Source: Lama guanicoe
Lineage: Eukaryota
Assembly (NCBI GenBank): GCA_013239625.1
Contig: MU054323.1
Coordinates: forward strand, 7,739,220 to 7,803,219
Direction of reading: 5' to 3'
DNA length: 64,000 nt
This document shows positions 47,571 through 61,945 of this stretch, one piece after another; the stretch's first letter is position 1, and each line of letters begins with the position of its first letter. The translations under genes and the position numbers were made by a program. The notes below the pieces were generated by a model. The model saw only the letters and a program-made list of their open reading frames with translations, was not told the DNA's origin and searched no databases.

Positions 47571-50283
47571 TCTATATAATTTTTGAAAAGCTTTGTTGTT
47601 TTGAATGGCTGCTTAACTTTACGATTTATTTCAGATCACTCTCCCTATTGCACAGTTAGGCTGTCTCTGATTTTTTTTTATTTGGAACTATTATAAATGT
47701 CGTAGGAACAACTCCCATCACTCTTCTCAGTCTCATTCAACCCCTCTGGGACTCAGGAAAAGACGTGGCGGTTGCCATGGGGTGGGAGGTACTGCCCACC
47801 TGGAGTGCTCTCATTCTAGCTTTGCTCTCTTGAATTCCAGATTGCGTCTCCCACTGCCTGCTGCCTGCCTTCTTTCTGGAATCACGGAATCGATGGGAGG
47901 CTCCAGCAACAGAAGGAGACCTGGGTTGAGGCCAAACTCGGGCCACCCAGGCCTCTGACCTTGGCAGGAAAAGGGCCTGAATCTCTCTGCCTCTTGTGTA
48001 GATCAAGACGTGGGGTCTCGCATCTCCGGGCTGCCTGTCTGGTGCCATTTCCCCTGACTCACACCACTGCCAATCAGCAGTCAGACGGAGGGCCCGGCTT
48101 TTGCCTCCTGGAATGCTGCAGAGGCGGTTTCCCCCGTGTGATTCACAAAGAGCAAGAATGTTTCAGTCTGACCCCGAGATCGACTTGGGGGAGGGGGACA
48201 CGGGTGTACTCTGCCAGGAAGCTTCCTCAGCGCCTCCCAGTCCCCAGAGGTCTCAGTCTTTCTGAGCTCATATTGTCTCTTATCCAGGAGGGTCATCGTG
48301 TCCCCCCTCCCCCCACCCCCCGGCCTTGATACGGTGCTCACAGCATCTTTTCTGCTGTTCTTTTCCCATGTGCAGCTGTTTCTCCAGCTGTGAGCAACTC
48401 CAGGTCAAGGAGCACGCCTGTGTTTCTGTCTCGCCTTACCCCAGTGGCTGGACGTGGACACACTTGCTGGCTGTGAGAGTGAGCCTTCAAATGGTGTTTG
48501 TGGAGTACTAGGCGTTAGCACGCTTTGTGGCTAGAATCACACCTGGAGGAAGGATTCCAAAGTGGTACAAAACGTACAACTCTGGTCTGACTGTTGGCTG
48601 ACTGTTGTCAGAGCCAAATGACAAAGGAATCTGGGCAAACTTGCATGGGCCTCAGCTGCATAGATGTTCAAAAGCCAAGCCTGTCTCACCAGCCAAAGCT
48701 CAAGTGTCCCCTGAAATAGCCCCACCAGAGGCCGTGCTAACAGCCATGGGGAAGTTAATCCCCCAAGAAGACCCTGCCTGTACCCTCTGAAGGTTTAGAA
48801 CCTAAAAGAACAGCTGGTAAGGGCTGGGAGCAGAGCGGCTCCAGGAGCTGGGAGCATGCCTGAGCGGCTGTCAGGAAACCTGAGCTCAGGCCTGGCTCGG
48901 CCACAGCATGCCCCGTGACAATGGGCCCTCTGGTAACTTCACCCCTCTGAGCCTGTGCCCTTAGTTGCCCAGCAAGGGGCAGCCCTGTCCAGCCACTGCA
49001 CAGAGATGATGTCAGAACCACCGACATCATATTGATAAAAGTACACTGAAAGGTGTCAAGTACTATAATGACATAACAGGTTATTATAAAGAAAAGTGCT
49101 GAGAGATGAAAGAGGTGGGCCTCTGACACTTCTCAAGGTAATTTACTTAGCAAAGGAACAATCCCTTATTTGTTCAGTACTTGATAATTCACAAAGGTTT
49201 CCAGGCTTTTTACCTCACCTGAGTCTCCCAGTAACCCAGCAAGGCAGGTAGGGCAGGGATTATTTCCCTGACCACTGACCAGGTGAAGAAATGGAGGCTT
49301 AGACCATGATTTTCCCACGGTCCTCTAGTCAGACCTAGGAGTAAAACCCCCTTTCTGTAGCTCTCTATGCTCCTTATGATAGGACCGTTATGGTGCCTCC
49401 TTTGTTTCAGTTGCTGCAACCCCATGGGGCAATTTCCCAGAAGATCTGTGTGAACACATCCTTGTAGGCTCCAGAAGCCCCATATGACTGGAAGGGGTGG
49501 GGAGGGAGGGGGAGAAGAGTGAAGTGGGATGTGGTTATTGAGTGAACAATGGGAAGTTATTAAAAGGTTTTAAGCAAAGAAATACTCCTATCAGGGCCGT
49601 GCTTTTTAAAAAACGCTTTCCTTCTCTACCTCCTCCTTCCTTTCCTACTCCTTTTCTCCTTCCCCCATCTTCTTTCTCCTTCTCCTCTTTATTCTTCATT
49701 TACTTTATATAATTAGAGTTACATAAAGAGAAAGACAGGAAAATTCTGGGACCTTGGTCACCAGAACCTTTGAGTGTTCAGTCAGCTGAAGCCCTGATGG
49801 GCTGGCTCATTGTATTTATAAGATGCCAGTGTCTGGCCCGGAGCTCAGGGTCTGGCCCAGAGATTCCCTCCTTCCTGGGGGCAATTCTAGGAGCTTATGC
49901 TCCAGGAGCAAGGCCAGGATTAGGCGAAGCAGTATGATGTAGTAGGCACATGCCCAGACTGCATGCCTCCCCAAAGGCTGGAACCAGCCCCCTGGGTCCC
50001 TCTCTGACCCTCTGGGAAGCGACTTGCCTCAAGAACTGCCTGAAGCGGCCAGAACCTGCGATCCTGGCAGTGTGTCCTTCTCCGTCGGGTCACTAGCAAA
50101 TGGCCAGCAGACAGACGTGTAGGTCCTGGGGTGCCGCCTCCAGGCTGTCTGGCTCCTCTTCCTCCCCAGCTTCCTTAGGCTACTGGCCTAACTTCCTCCT
50201 CGTTTGTCTGTGTCCCACGTAGATCACATGCCTGGCAGCTGCATCCCTACTCAGAGGCTTTGCGGAGGACATAAACAGAAAAA

Positions 50284-50384
50284 GCGTGTGCGAGCGCACG
50301 CGCCTGCGTGCGTGCATGTGTACATGCGCCTGCGTGCATGTGCGCGCGTGTGTACATGGCGTGTGTGCGTCTGCGCGCACGCAT
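50284..50384. repeat. CpG-rich alternating purine-pyrimidine tract
   Basis: gcgtgtgcgagcgcacgcgcctgcgtgcgtgcatgtgtacatgcg... Confidence 0.85.
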
Positions 50385-51919
50385 GACTGTGTGGCGTCTC
50401 GAGAGGAAGAAGTAGACACTGGCTCTACCGAGAACTTCTCTGCCTAATGGATTTTGCTCAATATTGTTTCCCCAGCACCCGGCAAGTAGTTGGCTCCTAA
50501 CAAATATTGTTTGAGTAAATGAATGAATGAAAAATGAATGAATGAAAGATTAGGGCTAGGGAGTGTCTGTTGCCAGGATATGGCCACCAGGATGTCCTTG
50601 GAAACCTTGCTAGCACGTTTCTAAGGAGTGCCAGCAGGGCAGGCCTGGTGCTGACGTGGGAGGAGTGCGGAGGAGGGGAGCCAGGGAGCAGCTTTGAAGG
50701 AGTCTGAAGTGAAGGAAGGGAGGCTTCCAGGAGCTGGGGATGGGGGAGCCTGTTTGGGCTGAAAGGAAGAGTCTTGTGGAGAATGTCACTGGCCACGAGG
50801 CCTTCTCACACCCTTGTGCACGTCAGCATGCCTGGGCTCAGACCTTGACCTTGCTGCTTCCCTTTCCCAGACTAAAGCGAGGTCCACTTTTCTGTCGCTT
50901 TTCTTACAACTTGCCCACACGGACACCAGGACCTGTTTGTCACCCAGTGGTTACTTCTAGACATTTTTGAAAGACTTTCCATTGGTGCTTCACTTGGCAC
51001 CTTTACCAGTGGTCTTGCCTCCCTGGGGGGTTCCTGGGACAGTCCAGCTTCTGCCCGGGGGCCCTCCCTCCAAGAAAGCAGAAGGACCTGGTGGGCAGAG
51101 GAAAGACCACATGTGCCCCAGAGACACAGTGGGCGAAGTATCGGTCTTTGCCTTTCCAGATCCCCACTTGAGCTAACTCGAGGAGGGTTTTGTTTCTTCC
51201 AACCAAATGATGCTACAGATCCATGGTTTGGATGTTCACACCTGAACAGTTTCAAAATGTAACCACATCCCTAACCAGGTCCTCACTCTCAACTACCATG
51301 TCTCTGTCATCATTACCAGTATTTGGAGCTAGATTTTTCTCATGCCCTCATTCACCCAGGAAGCCTCTCTTACCTTTTCACCCTCCCCATCCCTATTCCC
51401 ACTGCTCCACTCCATACCTTCCTTACCTTAAGCCTTCACCTCAGAATCAGCTTCCTTCCTGCATCTCTGGTTGCAAGGTCTCTCTTCTCCATCCCATTCT
51501 GTAGACCACCACCTACACATTATTTTCTTTTTTCATTTTTTCAAAAGTATACATTGTATCATGCATTTATTCAGAAGAGCGTACAAACCACATCTGCATA
51601 ATTTAGAGTGACTGTATGTGGGCTATAACCATCCCCCATTTTAAGAAGCAGAACATTGCCTGTACCATTATTTTCTTTAAATTTCTCTTTTAAATTGTTC
51701 AAGAACCTTTTGATGCTCCCTATTCCTTGTCTGACTTCCTAGACTGTCTTGTAGTCAAGCCCAGCCCCACCATGCTGAATAATCGTCTCCCACACTACTA
51801 TCACTCTAGTTACTACACTTAGTCTAAGAACACAGGATCAGAAACAAAACCTGTATGCTAGTTGCCACTCTGTCATTTATTAGCTCTCTGAATTTAAATA
51901 TATTGTCTAAGCTTTCTGA

Positions 51920-52350
51920 ATCAGCCAGGACTCTATTAGTAGCAAGTAACAGAAACCAAATTCAAACTGGTTTATATCAAGAAGAAAATGTAATGGCTTG
52001 AGGATCTCTCAGAAAATCCTAGGATAGATCTAGCTTCAGGCACAACTGGATCTAAGGACCCAAACAGTGTCACCAGGAAGTGATCTCTTGATGCTGCTTT
52101 CCTCTGCACTGGCTTTATTTTCTTCCCTTGATATTCTGTAAAAGGTTCTGGATGTGAATCTCATCAGCCTACTTGGGTCCCATCCCTGAACTACTGTGGC
52201 CAGTGGTAGACCAGGTCTGGTTAGGCTCACCCTGGATTCAAGGGTGGAGTCAGAACCCCGGATGTTCTGTGAATAGAGAGAGATGTTTTCCCAAGGAAAA
52301 CCAGGATCCTAGATGGGAGGGAGGGAGGCTGAGCAAACAAAATCCACAGA
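51920..52350 (+). mobile_element. MaLR LTR (MLT1-like)
   Basis: tcagccaggactctattagtagcaagtaacagaaacc...aaactggttta start. Similar MLT1-like pieces at about 3510-3790 and 4100-4465. Confidence 0.65.
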
Positions 52351-53419
52351 TACTCTTTAGTTCTCTCTTTCCTTGTGAGTAGGAATCTCTGTTCTGCCAA
52401 GTGTTTGAGGCTGCTGGGAAGATTAAAAAAAGAAAGAAAGAAAAAGATCAGGGCTACGAAGTTTCTTTGAAAACTTTAAAATTCAATGGAAATGGGAATT
52501 ATTTTGAAGGTGATTATTTCTTTGCCTTTTCCCTGCGCTGTCCACCTATCCAGGATGCTCTTTGTTTATACCAAGCCTACTCTTACTTTAGCCCTCACTT
52601 GAGTGAGAATTCGACCTTTTCTGGCACCAGGATCCTCTTGGGTTCTGGTGGATTTCCCCTGAGCCCACACCGTTTAGCGTGTATTTAGAGATGGTCTTTC
52701 GTTATCTTGCTTATTCATTTTTTAGGAATATTACAGTTTATTTGACAACTCACATGGATCATCAACATTTATGGATGAACTGGAAACAGTTTTGAGTCCC
52801 AGGATTGGGATAGCTCCTCCCCTCCTCCTGGGATGCCTCACGTTCTCACTGTTGCCCAGCTGGTGTCTGCTCAGGGAGTTCATGCTACTTTTCATTCGGG
52901 CTTAAAGTAGAAACAAAACATCATACCAGCCGTACCGTTCCGTCACACGCCGTGTTCTCCTTCCTCTAGTTACTTAGAAGCCTCCTTGCGGGGAGAGCCT
53001 GTGTCTTTAGTTCTCTACTCCTTGTAAGACCCAAGCCACAGGGAACACATTTTAGGTGTGCCGTATATCCCTGTTGGTTGATTTAAAAGTTGGCCTTGTG
53101 AAGAAGGAGAAAGATAAGCCAAATAGCTAGGTTGGAAAGGTATCTACTCATACCATGGTTAACTTAGTCCCAGGGCCGGATCTCCAGTTGACATCTGATC
53201 TCAGCACACAGACGCTAGTCCTGGAGTCCTGGTGCAACCATGGCACCTCTCCCGGGTTCCTTGTCCTGGCTTTTGTCTCCTCCTTGGGGAGGTGTCGTAC
53301 TACCACTTATTTCTCTAGAACTGCTCCCTTTTTTGCCAGAGCCAAGAGAGCATCTCACTCTGCCATTCCTTGGAAACCTTCCATTAGTCCCAGTTTCTAC
53401 TTTAAAGAATACACTTTTT

Positions 53420-54188
53420 AAAATAAATGTTTTCAGTTCTTTTTTTGCTTGTTTTTTGTTTTATTTGTTGTTATTGTTGAAGTACAGAAGAACTGAAGTA
53501 TAGTCGGTTTACAGTGTTGTGTTAATTTCTGGTATACAGCATAGTGATTCAGTTATATAAATATATATATATATATATATTCCTTTTCATGTTCTTTTTC
53601 TTATAGGCTATTACAAGGTATTGAATATAGTTCCCTGTGCCAAACAGTAGGATCTTGTTGTTTATCTATTTTATATATAGTAGTTAGTATCTACAAATCC
53701 TGAACTCCCAGTTTATCCCTCCACTCCCCACTTCCCCCCTGGTAACCATAAGTTTGTTTTCTGTGTCTGTGAATGTGTTCTGTTTTATTTGGGGGCTTTT
53801 TCTGGGGGGTAATTAGGGTTTTTTTTAAAAAAAATTTTAATAGAGGTACTGAGTAATTAACCCAGGACCTCGTGCATGCTAAGCATGTGCTCTACCACTG
53901 AACTATACCCTCTCCCCCTGTTTCTGTTTTATAAATAATTCATTTGTGTAATTTTTAAGAATCTATGTACAAGTGATATTATATGGTATTATTCTTTCTA
54001 TTTCTGGCTTTCTATTCTTTCTATTACTTCACTTAGTATGATGATCTCTAGGTCCGTCCATGTTGCTGCAAATGGCATTATTTTATTCTTTTTTATGGCT
54101 GAGTAGTGTGTATACACACACTCCCCACAACTTGCCTATCCATTCATCTGTCAACATATATTTAGGTTGCTTCCATGTCTTGGCTATT
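53420..54188 (-). mobile_element. L1 3' end with nested SINE
   Basis: Reverse complement of the L1 type at 455-824; contains (TA)n at about 53560-53580. Confidence 0.85.
53789..53917 (-). mobile_element. tRNA-derived SINE (Vic-1-like) nested in L1
   Basis: gaggtactg...acccaggacctcgtgcatgctaagcatgtgctctaccactgaactataccc; flanked by TTCTGTTTTAT repeats. Confidence 0.85.
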
Positions 54189-54979
54189 AAGGAATATGCT
54201 TTTTGCCCAAGCAACCAGAAGAAAGTCGGAGCTTAAACATGAACCTCACCTTCCAGAAGAGGCCATGCCCTCTCTGACAGACAGTGGATAATTCCTTCTA
54301 GCCCAACAGGGAGGCCCTACTTCAACCATTTAATGCCCTTACTAAGCATATAACTCACACACACACACAAAGCATAACGAGGGCTTACAGAGAGTGTTGA
54401 TCCAAGAGATATCTTTCGAGGAGTGCCCCTCACTCTGGCAGGCCATGGGGAAGATACGTGGGGAACTTGGGAATTTTCATTTCACTTTTTGTGCTTTCAG
54501 AAACCCCCTCCAGTGACTCAGTGACACAAACCTAGGTGTTAGGTAGGTGGGCGCAGCTTCCCATCCAGATTTACCTCATTTTCCCAGGCAGTGGAGTATG
54601 CTGAGGCTGCAGCGAGAGAGGAAGCCCATGATAGAGGAAGGATGCGGTGTTGGTTCCTCAGCTTGCTGAGACCAGAGTAGTGTAGCAAGACAAGCTGGAG
54701 CCCGCTCAGCATTTCTCCTTCCTGACTCGGGTTTCACTTCGGCCCCAGTTCTGTGGCAGCCCTGTTGGCTCAGAGAGCTGAGGGATCCAAGAGGAAGAAG
54801 CTTGTACAATCCCTCATCTAGTCAGGGCGGGGGTAGGGTGGAGTTTTGAAGTAAGTCTCTGACAAAATCTGAGTCAGTTATATTGCCCCAGCTCTGGATC
54901 TGGCTTCTCCTGCTTCTCTATCCTACCCACCCCGCCTTCCAGTCATAGCAAATTTCTTATCATCCCTAGCCATGACAGG

Positions 54980-55101
54980 CATGGCTGCTGTGTACAGCTT
55001 CATGGGTTGTGCACTGCATAATTCCTGGAGGTGCCATTCCCATAGACGAAGGAATGAAAAGCAATTCCAAGAATCATGCACAATTGTGCCAGGCAGCCCT
55101 G
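54980..55101. mobile_element. MER91-like hAT-Tip100 MITE
   Basis: catggctgc...ggttgtgcactgcataa...gcacaattgtgccaggcagccctg. Confidence 0.55.
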
Positions 55102-56835
55102 AGCTAGGTCCTTTTATGACTTCCTTTTCATATATTGCTTCCTCTGCCAAGAATGCCTTTGTTTGCCTTCCCTCTCACCATATCTTCACCTGGTGAATCA
55201 CCTTTCAAATTCTCCTCAAATAATGTTGATAAACACAAATGTAACCCACCTAACAAAAGCTTAAAAGCAACAGAGATAGGATGAAACTGTTGCCAAGTAA
55301 TTTAACTGTATCCCATACTAAAACCCCCAAATATCTAAAAGAACACAAAAACATTCTAGTACCCCAAAATAAAAAATTCAAAATATCTGGTATCCGATTA
55401 AAAAATTACCTGTCATTCAAAGAAGCATTAGAAAAATCAATCAATCGAAACAGATCCGGAAATTATACTGCTGATAGTACTCAAGGACATTAAAACAGCT
55501 ATTATAAATATGTTTCATATCTTCAAGAAGCTAGAGGAGAGCATGAGCATTGTGGGAGTGAAGTAGAAGACATGAAAGAGACCCAAATCAAAATCCCAGA
55601 GATGGAAAGTGCATTGAATGCGGTTGATAGAAGACTAACATTAAATAAGAAAAGATTATTGACTGTGAAAACAGTGATAGAAACAATCCAAAATAAAACA
55701 CAGATAGAAAAAAATAGGCTGATTTAAAAAATGAACAGAACATCAGAGGGCCGATACAGCATTAAGCAGCCTTACATACATGTAACTGGAGTCCCAGAAA
55801 GAGAGGGTAGGATGGAGGAGAGGACAGAAAAGATATTAGAAGAAATAATGACTGAAAAGTTTCCAAGTTGATGAAAACTACAAATTCACAAATCAAAGAA
55901 GCTCAACAAACTCCAAGCAGAGAAAACAGGAAGAAAATCACATCAAGCCACATCATAATCAAATTGCTAAAAAAAAAAGATAAAGAGAAAATGTTAAAAG
56001 GAACCAGAGGGAAAAAACAGATGATGTGCAGAGGAACAAAGATAAGGATGGTAGCAGACATTTTGTTGGTCACAATGTAGACCAAGAGAAGAGAGACATC
56101 TCTAAAGCACTGAAAGAAAAAAACTGCCAACCAAGAACAAAAATAATCTTTCAAAAGTGAAGGTGAAATAGATTTTTTTTCAGAAATACAAACGCTGTGA
56201 CTCTGCTTCTGGGTGTGATAGAGTAAGCCTCTACCACATGATTCCTCCCTATAGAAAACAATGATAAAATCTGGGTTTAATACAAAAAGGAACTACCTGA
56301 AGATACTGGAGCAAGAGCAGAATCAGTAAAGACTCTCTCCCGACCTCTCTGACCCACCTTGCTGACTCATGAATTGAGCACACAAAGCAACCCAGCCAAA
56401 GGCAAACTGAACCACGACTGGAGCTGGCACCCTGCAGGTCATGGAAACTGAACAGAAGCAGACGGACTGAACCCAAGGCCAGGTGCCTCCCAGGATGCAC
56501 ACAAAGAACAGGTGGCTTTTTTCATAAGAAAAAAACACACAGTCCTTACGATCTGGGCAGAAAAAAGAAACCTTCAGGAAAACAGTGAAGACTGGAGAGA
56601 GTAGAACCTCAGAAAGAAAAGATCCAGTGAGGAGATCTTTGAACTCTGTCTACCCATATCTCTCACTTATGCTTGAAACACATGCATGGAACTAACTCAA
56701 AGTAGCTTAGCTAAAGACAAATGATGTGAACAAAGGATGAAGATGCTGCATAAGAAACAGGATTTGCCATTCCATCCCAGCCAAAGAAATTACCTGTGAA
56801 AGCAAAGGAAATAATACTCATTGGAGAAACATAAC

Positions 56836-57264
56836 TGTACTAGTCAGGGTCCTCCAGAGAAACAGAACCAACTGTGTGTGCATCCATATGTGTATACAGA
56901 GAAAGGGACATTGAGAGATTTATTTTAAGAAATTGGCTCACTTAATTATGGAGGTTTGATAAATCCAAAATCTGCAGGATATCTTGGCAGGCTGGAGATC
57001 CAGGGAAGGGTTGCAGTTTGAGTCAAAGGTAGTATGTGGCAGAATTCCTTTTTGCTCAGAGGAGGTTATCTTTGTTCTATTAAGTCCTTTAATTTATTGG
57101 ATAAGGCCCACCTACATTATGGAGGGTAATCTGCTTTACTCAAAGCCTACCAATTTAAATGTTAATCTTATCCAAAACCACCTTCATAGAAATATCCAAA
57201 ATAACATTTGGACAAATATCTAGGCATAGTGACCTAGCCAGACTGACACATAAAATTAACCATA
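56836..57264 (+). mobile_element. ERVL solo LTR (MLT2-like)
   Basis: tgtactagtcagggtcctccagagaaacagaacca...tgacacataaaattaaccat. Confidence 0.85.
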
Positions 57265-58013
57265 TGAGAGCAGTGTACAGAATCTCCACACATTGACATT
57301 CATAACACTCATAAAATTAACAATCCAAAGTTATCTGCAAATGAAGGATCAAGAAAATAAAACATATGCTCAAGAGAAAAATCAATCAAGTACAACCCAG
57401 AGATGAACAGATGTTAGAATTAACAAACAAGGATTTTAAAGCAGCTATTAATTACCCTCAATCAAATAAAACAAAATTTGTTTTGTTGCATGCAAATTTC
57501 AGCAGAGAAATTGGAACTCTTTTCAGAGAAACAGAAACAACAAAAAGGAACCACATAGGAATCATGAAGCTAAATCATATAATCTCTGAAATAAAGTATT
57601 CATCAATGGACTTAACAGCTGCATGTACATGAGAGAGGGAAGAGTCAGTGAACTTGAATATAGATCATTCAAAATTATCCAAGGTGAATTACAAAGAGAA
57701 AAATACTGAGAAAAAAAAAGAAGAGTCCCAGAGACCTCTCAGATGATATCTCATGGCCAAATATACATAAAATTGGAATAGCAGATGGAGACAAGAGAGA
57801 GTGGGAAAGAAAAAATTTTAGAAGAAATAATTGAAAATTTCTCAATTTTGATTGAAAAAAAAATTTTAGATAAAATGAAAAACACCAAGCAGAATAAGTA
57901 CAAAGAAGCCCATGCCAAGGTATATCATAATCAAACTGTTGAAAGCCAAAGATAAAGAGTAAGTCTTGAAAACAACAAGAGTGTAGTATTGCCATAAAGA
58001 TAGACATATAGAT

Positions 58014-58236
58014 CAGGGGTCAGCAAATGCTTTCTTTAAAGGGTCATATAGTAAATATTTTCAGTTTTGCAAGGTATGTGGTATTGGTCACAACTACTTA
58101 ACTCTGCCAGTGTAGTAGGAAAGTAGCCATAGACAATGCAAAAATGGATAAACATGGCTAATCTCATATCTAATCTCAAAGTTGAAATAAAACTTTATTT
58201 TCAAAATAAATGGTAGGCAGAATTTACCAGCCCCTG
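58014..58236. mobile_element. MER58-like hAT-Charlie MITE
   Basis: TIR caggggtcagcaaa / tttaccagcccctg; imperfect 8-bp TSD atatagat / attaagat. Confidence 0.8.
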
Positions 58237-61200
58237 ATTAAGATCAAGGGAACAGAACAGAGTCAATTGGTTTTTGATCAAAGTGCCAATGTAATTCAAT
58301 AGAGAAATGATGGCCTTTTCAACAAATGGTGGTATAACAACGGGATAGCTGTATGGGAAAAAAATGAACTTTAATACATCCCTCACACCATGCATAAGAC
58401 TTGACTCAAAATGGATCATAGGCCTCAAATTATTTTAAACTTCTAGAAAACATAAACATAAACATTTCTAGAAGTTTAAAATATAGGAAATACATATAGG
58501 AAAAAAATTCTGTAACATTCAATTAGGCAAAGATCATGACACCAAAATCACAAATTATGAAATACAGATTTGATAAATGGACTTCATAGAAATTAAATTT
58601 TTTTCTCTTCAAAAGACATGGATAAGAAAATAAAAAGATAAGCCATGAACTGTGACAAAATTTTTACAGTATATATATTCAATATGGGCTTAAATATACA
58701 ATATGTAAATAATTCCTACATCTCAATTATCAGAAAACATACAGTCCAAAATAAAATGGGCAAGCAATTTGAACAGAAATTTCACAAAAGAAGCTATGCA
58801 AATGGCCAGTAAGCACATGAAAAGATACTTAACCTCATTAACTATTCTGAAAATGTAAATTAAAACCGCAATAACATATCATGACACTTCTACTAGAAAT
58901 GCTAAAAATAAAATGACAATACCAAGTGTTGACAGGAATGAGGAACAACTCTCAGGTGTTGCTGGTGGAAATGCAGAAATCATACAGACACTTTGGAAAA
59001 GAATTATGTGGTTTCTCTCCCCGAGAGAAAGGGGAAAATGTGTCTTACAGAAACATGTCCATGAAGGTTTGTAGAAACTTTAGTTAAAATATAACCAAAA
59101 ACCAGAAACAACCCAAAAGGTCCATTACTGGTGGATGGAAAAACAATGTGTGGTATGCCCATTCAATGGAATACTACTCAGCACTTCAAAAGATACTACT
59201 GATACAAGCACAATATGAATGAATCTTAAAAGCATTATGCCAAGAGAAAGAAGCTAGACACAAAAGACTACAAAATGTATGGTTACATTTATATGACATT
59301 CTGGAAAAGGCAAAACAGCTGTGATAAAAGTAGATAAGTAGTTGCCAGGGGTCAGAAGTTGGAAAAGATTGACTACTAAGGGCTATGAGGGAACTTTCTG
59401 GTGTAACAGAAATAGTCTATATCATGATTGTTGTGGTGGTTGCATAGCTGTGTGTATTTACTAAGAATCATTGAACTGGTAAATTTTATTGTATGTAAAT
59501 TACACCTCAGTGAAGCTGACCACAAAAAAATCAATCAATAAAGGCTCATTTTACACATGTAGATTAACTGCTTGCTGCCTCTTTGCCTCCAGCATGAATA
59601 AGAGTTTGGAATCCCTGACTAGTATTTTATGTTCTCAAAGCCCTTCTGTATACTTTATTTAATGTGTTATGCTAGCTGAGATTTGGAAACACGAGAGTTT
59701 TGCCTTTCAGAACCGGTCTCCTTGGAATCCAAAAAGAAGCAGAAGTTCTACAACTTATTAAGATACAAAAAGAAGGGAGGGAGAATGTAGGGCAAAGCCA
59801 GGGCTGCCACTAGCATCTGCAAGTTAGGAGAAGTGTCCCCTTTCTTGAGTTAAAAACATTTTGTTAGTATATTGTTTACACAAGCTGTGTAGAATCATGT
59901 GCTGGCTCAGCTCCTTGGCTTGGCCCAGGCAGCCTGACAGGGTCCTAGCATGATGCAACCATGGCTGGGCTCAGGCCTGCTCACACTCTTGTTATTTCAC
60001 CCACAGCCTAATGCCACTTCTTCACCCTTGTGAAGTGGTGAGCCCACCACCATTTCACACCTCCCTCAGCTTCCGAGATGAACTATGTCAAGTTTAGAGT
60101 TTGGGAACGGGTGAGTGTTAGAACTTGGGCCTCTGAGAACAGCACATGGTGAGAAAAGAGACCTCAGGTATACCCACAGTGCATTTGGCTGTGCACTGGC
60201 TGTGAGTGTGTGCAAGCATTTGCTCGCAAGTCTGTGCATGGCTATGTATGCAAGTGGGGGTTTACAAGATGGGACTGCTCTAGCCAGGAGGCCTAGACTG
60301 TCTACGGCTGCCTGCCTGTTTTCATTCAGGTTGATATATGTCTGTCTGGCCATGAAGGTTGCCTCCTTCAATGTGGTGCCTTTGTGCAGTGCACAATCTG
60401 AACACCTCTACCCTGGTTGCCCTGGGTAAAGATCCCTAAAACCTCTTCTCCTTCTTCCTGAGGAGAAACCCCTCCTAGTCATCTGAGAAATAAGAGGTAG
60501 AGGTATCGACTCTCTGTTCTTCCCACCATTTCCCAAATGCTAGTTATATCATACACGTCTCAAAGTCTCCATGCCAACTTTCCACACAGTACCAGGAGGA
60601 GCTATGGGTGGTAGATGAGTATCCCCTATTGGCTGCCTCCATCCCTGGGGCCAAGCCACCACACATAGCAGGTGGAGCCTCCTCTGTCCATCATACCTGA
60701 CCCCCCAAAAGCCTCCTCCTTCCTTCTGACACCTTCTCTCCTAGAATAGCACAGACATCAGTCTTTATAGGTCACACTGGTGCTAACAAATGACAGGAGA
60801 CCTCAGCCTAGCATGGCCCCTTCCCTAGACCATCTCTCTTCCATCTTGCAGAGGCTGGGCCTTGAAGAAGGAATTGGATTCTTATACCTTAATATTCAGA
60901 GGGTCATCTTTCCATTACTTCTTGTTTGTCATTTTTTTTTTTTTTTAGCTAACAAATGTATTTTGAGCAACAACTGTCTGCCATGTGCTGGTGAGGTACC
61001 AGCAATATTTCAATGAATGAAAGAAACATATATATATATCTGTATATATACATATACAGTTTGAAATTACCTGTTGGTTGGTTTGCTTTTCTGTTACTTG
61101 GCACCCCCTCAACAGCGTGTGCACTCCATGAGGACAGGGATCTTCTCTGACTTGCAGCACAAGAGCCAGGATCAATGCCTGCTATGTAGATGGGACTCAG

Positions 61201-61820
61201 TAATTGATGAATTAACATTGATTGAATAAACTCACTCTAAACCAACTCATGAGAAAGAGACTAGATGCAGCATTATTCATTCATCCTGTAAAATATAATT
61301 GACAATAGGCTGGAAGCAACCCCAGTCAGCACTTTCTGTATTCGGTGGGAAGATGTACTTCAGAATTCAAAAGGAGATCTGTGACTTGCTTGGTAAATAC
61401 AGAACTGCACTAAGGGGACTTGGAAGATCTTAAGAGAGTGTGTCTCTGAGCTGTGGCACCCCAATGAGTCATGCTTTCCCACATGGGGACAGATGTCCCT
61501 TGCCAAACAGGATCCTGCCTTGCCCAATGTTGCCATCTCTTTCCTGTCACTGTGGGAGGAACACTGACCGTCTGTCCTCTCCCATTCCCCTTTCTCCGTG
61601 CTCCTTATCAGCCTTTAGGCTTGACCTCGTGTTACAGCATCCAGGATTACACAGTGTCCCTTATTGGTTACATTTTCCACTGTGGCTTCCCCGTGAGATT
61701 TCAGGCACAATTTCACCTATCCTGCTAAAGATAAATAATCCTAGACCCCAGATCAAAACCTTCCACTAACTGAATTGCAAAGTCACTGACTGTCACTGGA
61801 CCTCAGTTTCCCTATCTTTA

Positions 61821-61945
61821 TTCAGAGGGGCAGATAATTCGGTTTCTTCATTATCTCCGCTTGGAGGAGGTACTGGGAATTGAACCCGGGACCTCTTCCG
61901 TGCTGAGCACGCGTTCTACCAATTGAGCTATACCCTTCCCCCCCC
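61821..61945 (-). mobile_element. tRNA-derived SINE (Vic-1-like) inserted in a MIR
   Basis: TSD TTTCCCTATCTTTA at 61807-61820 and 61947-61960. Confidence 0.88.

Larger units (their letters stand above)
55230..59540 (+). mobile_element. Cluster of old L1 fragments (ORF1 remnants, ORF2 3' end, 3' UTR) with nested LTR and MITE
   Basis: ORF1-like peptides (QIKEAQQTPSR...HIIIKLLKKKDKEKML); ORF2/3' UTR from about 58240 to 59540. Confidence 0.8.

Noticed and set aside
60066..60429. Overlapping ~100-aa ORFs on both strands
   Set aside because: No recognisable protein family or retrocopy hallmarks.
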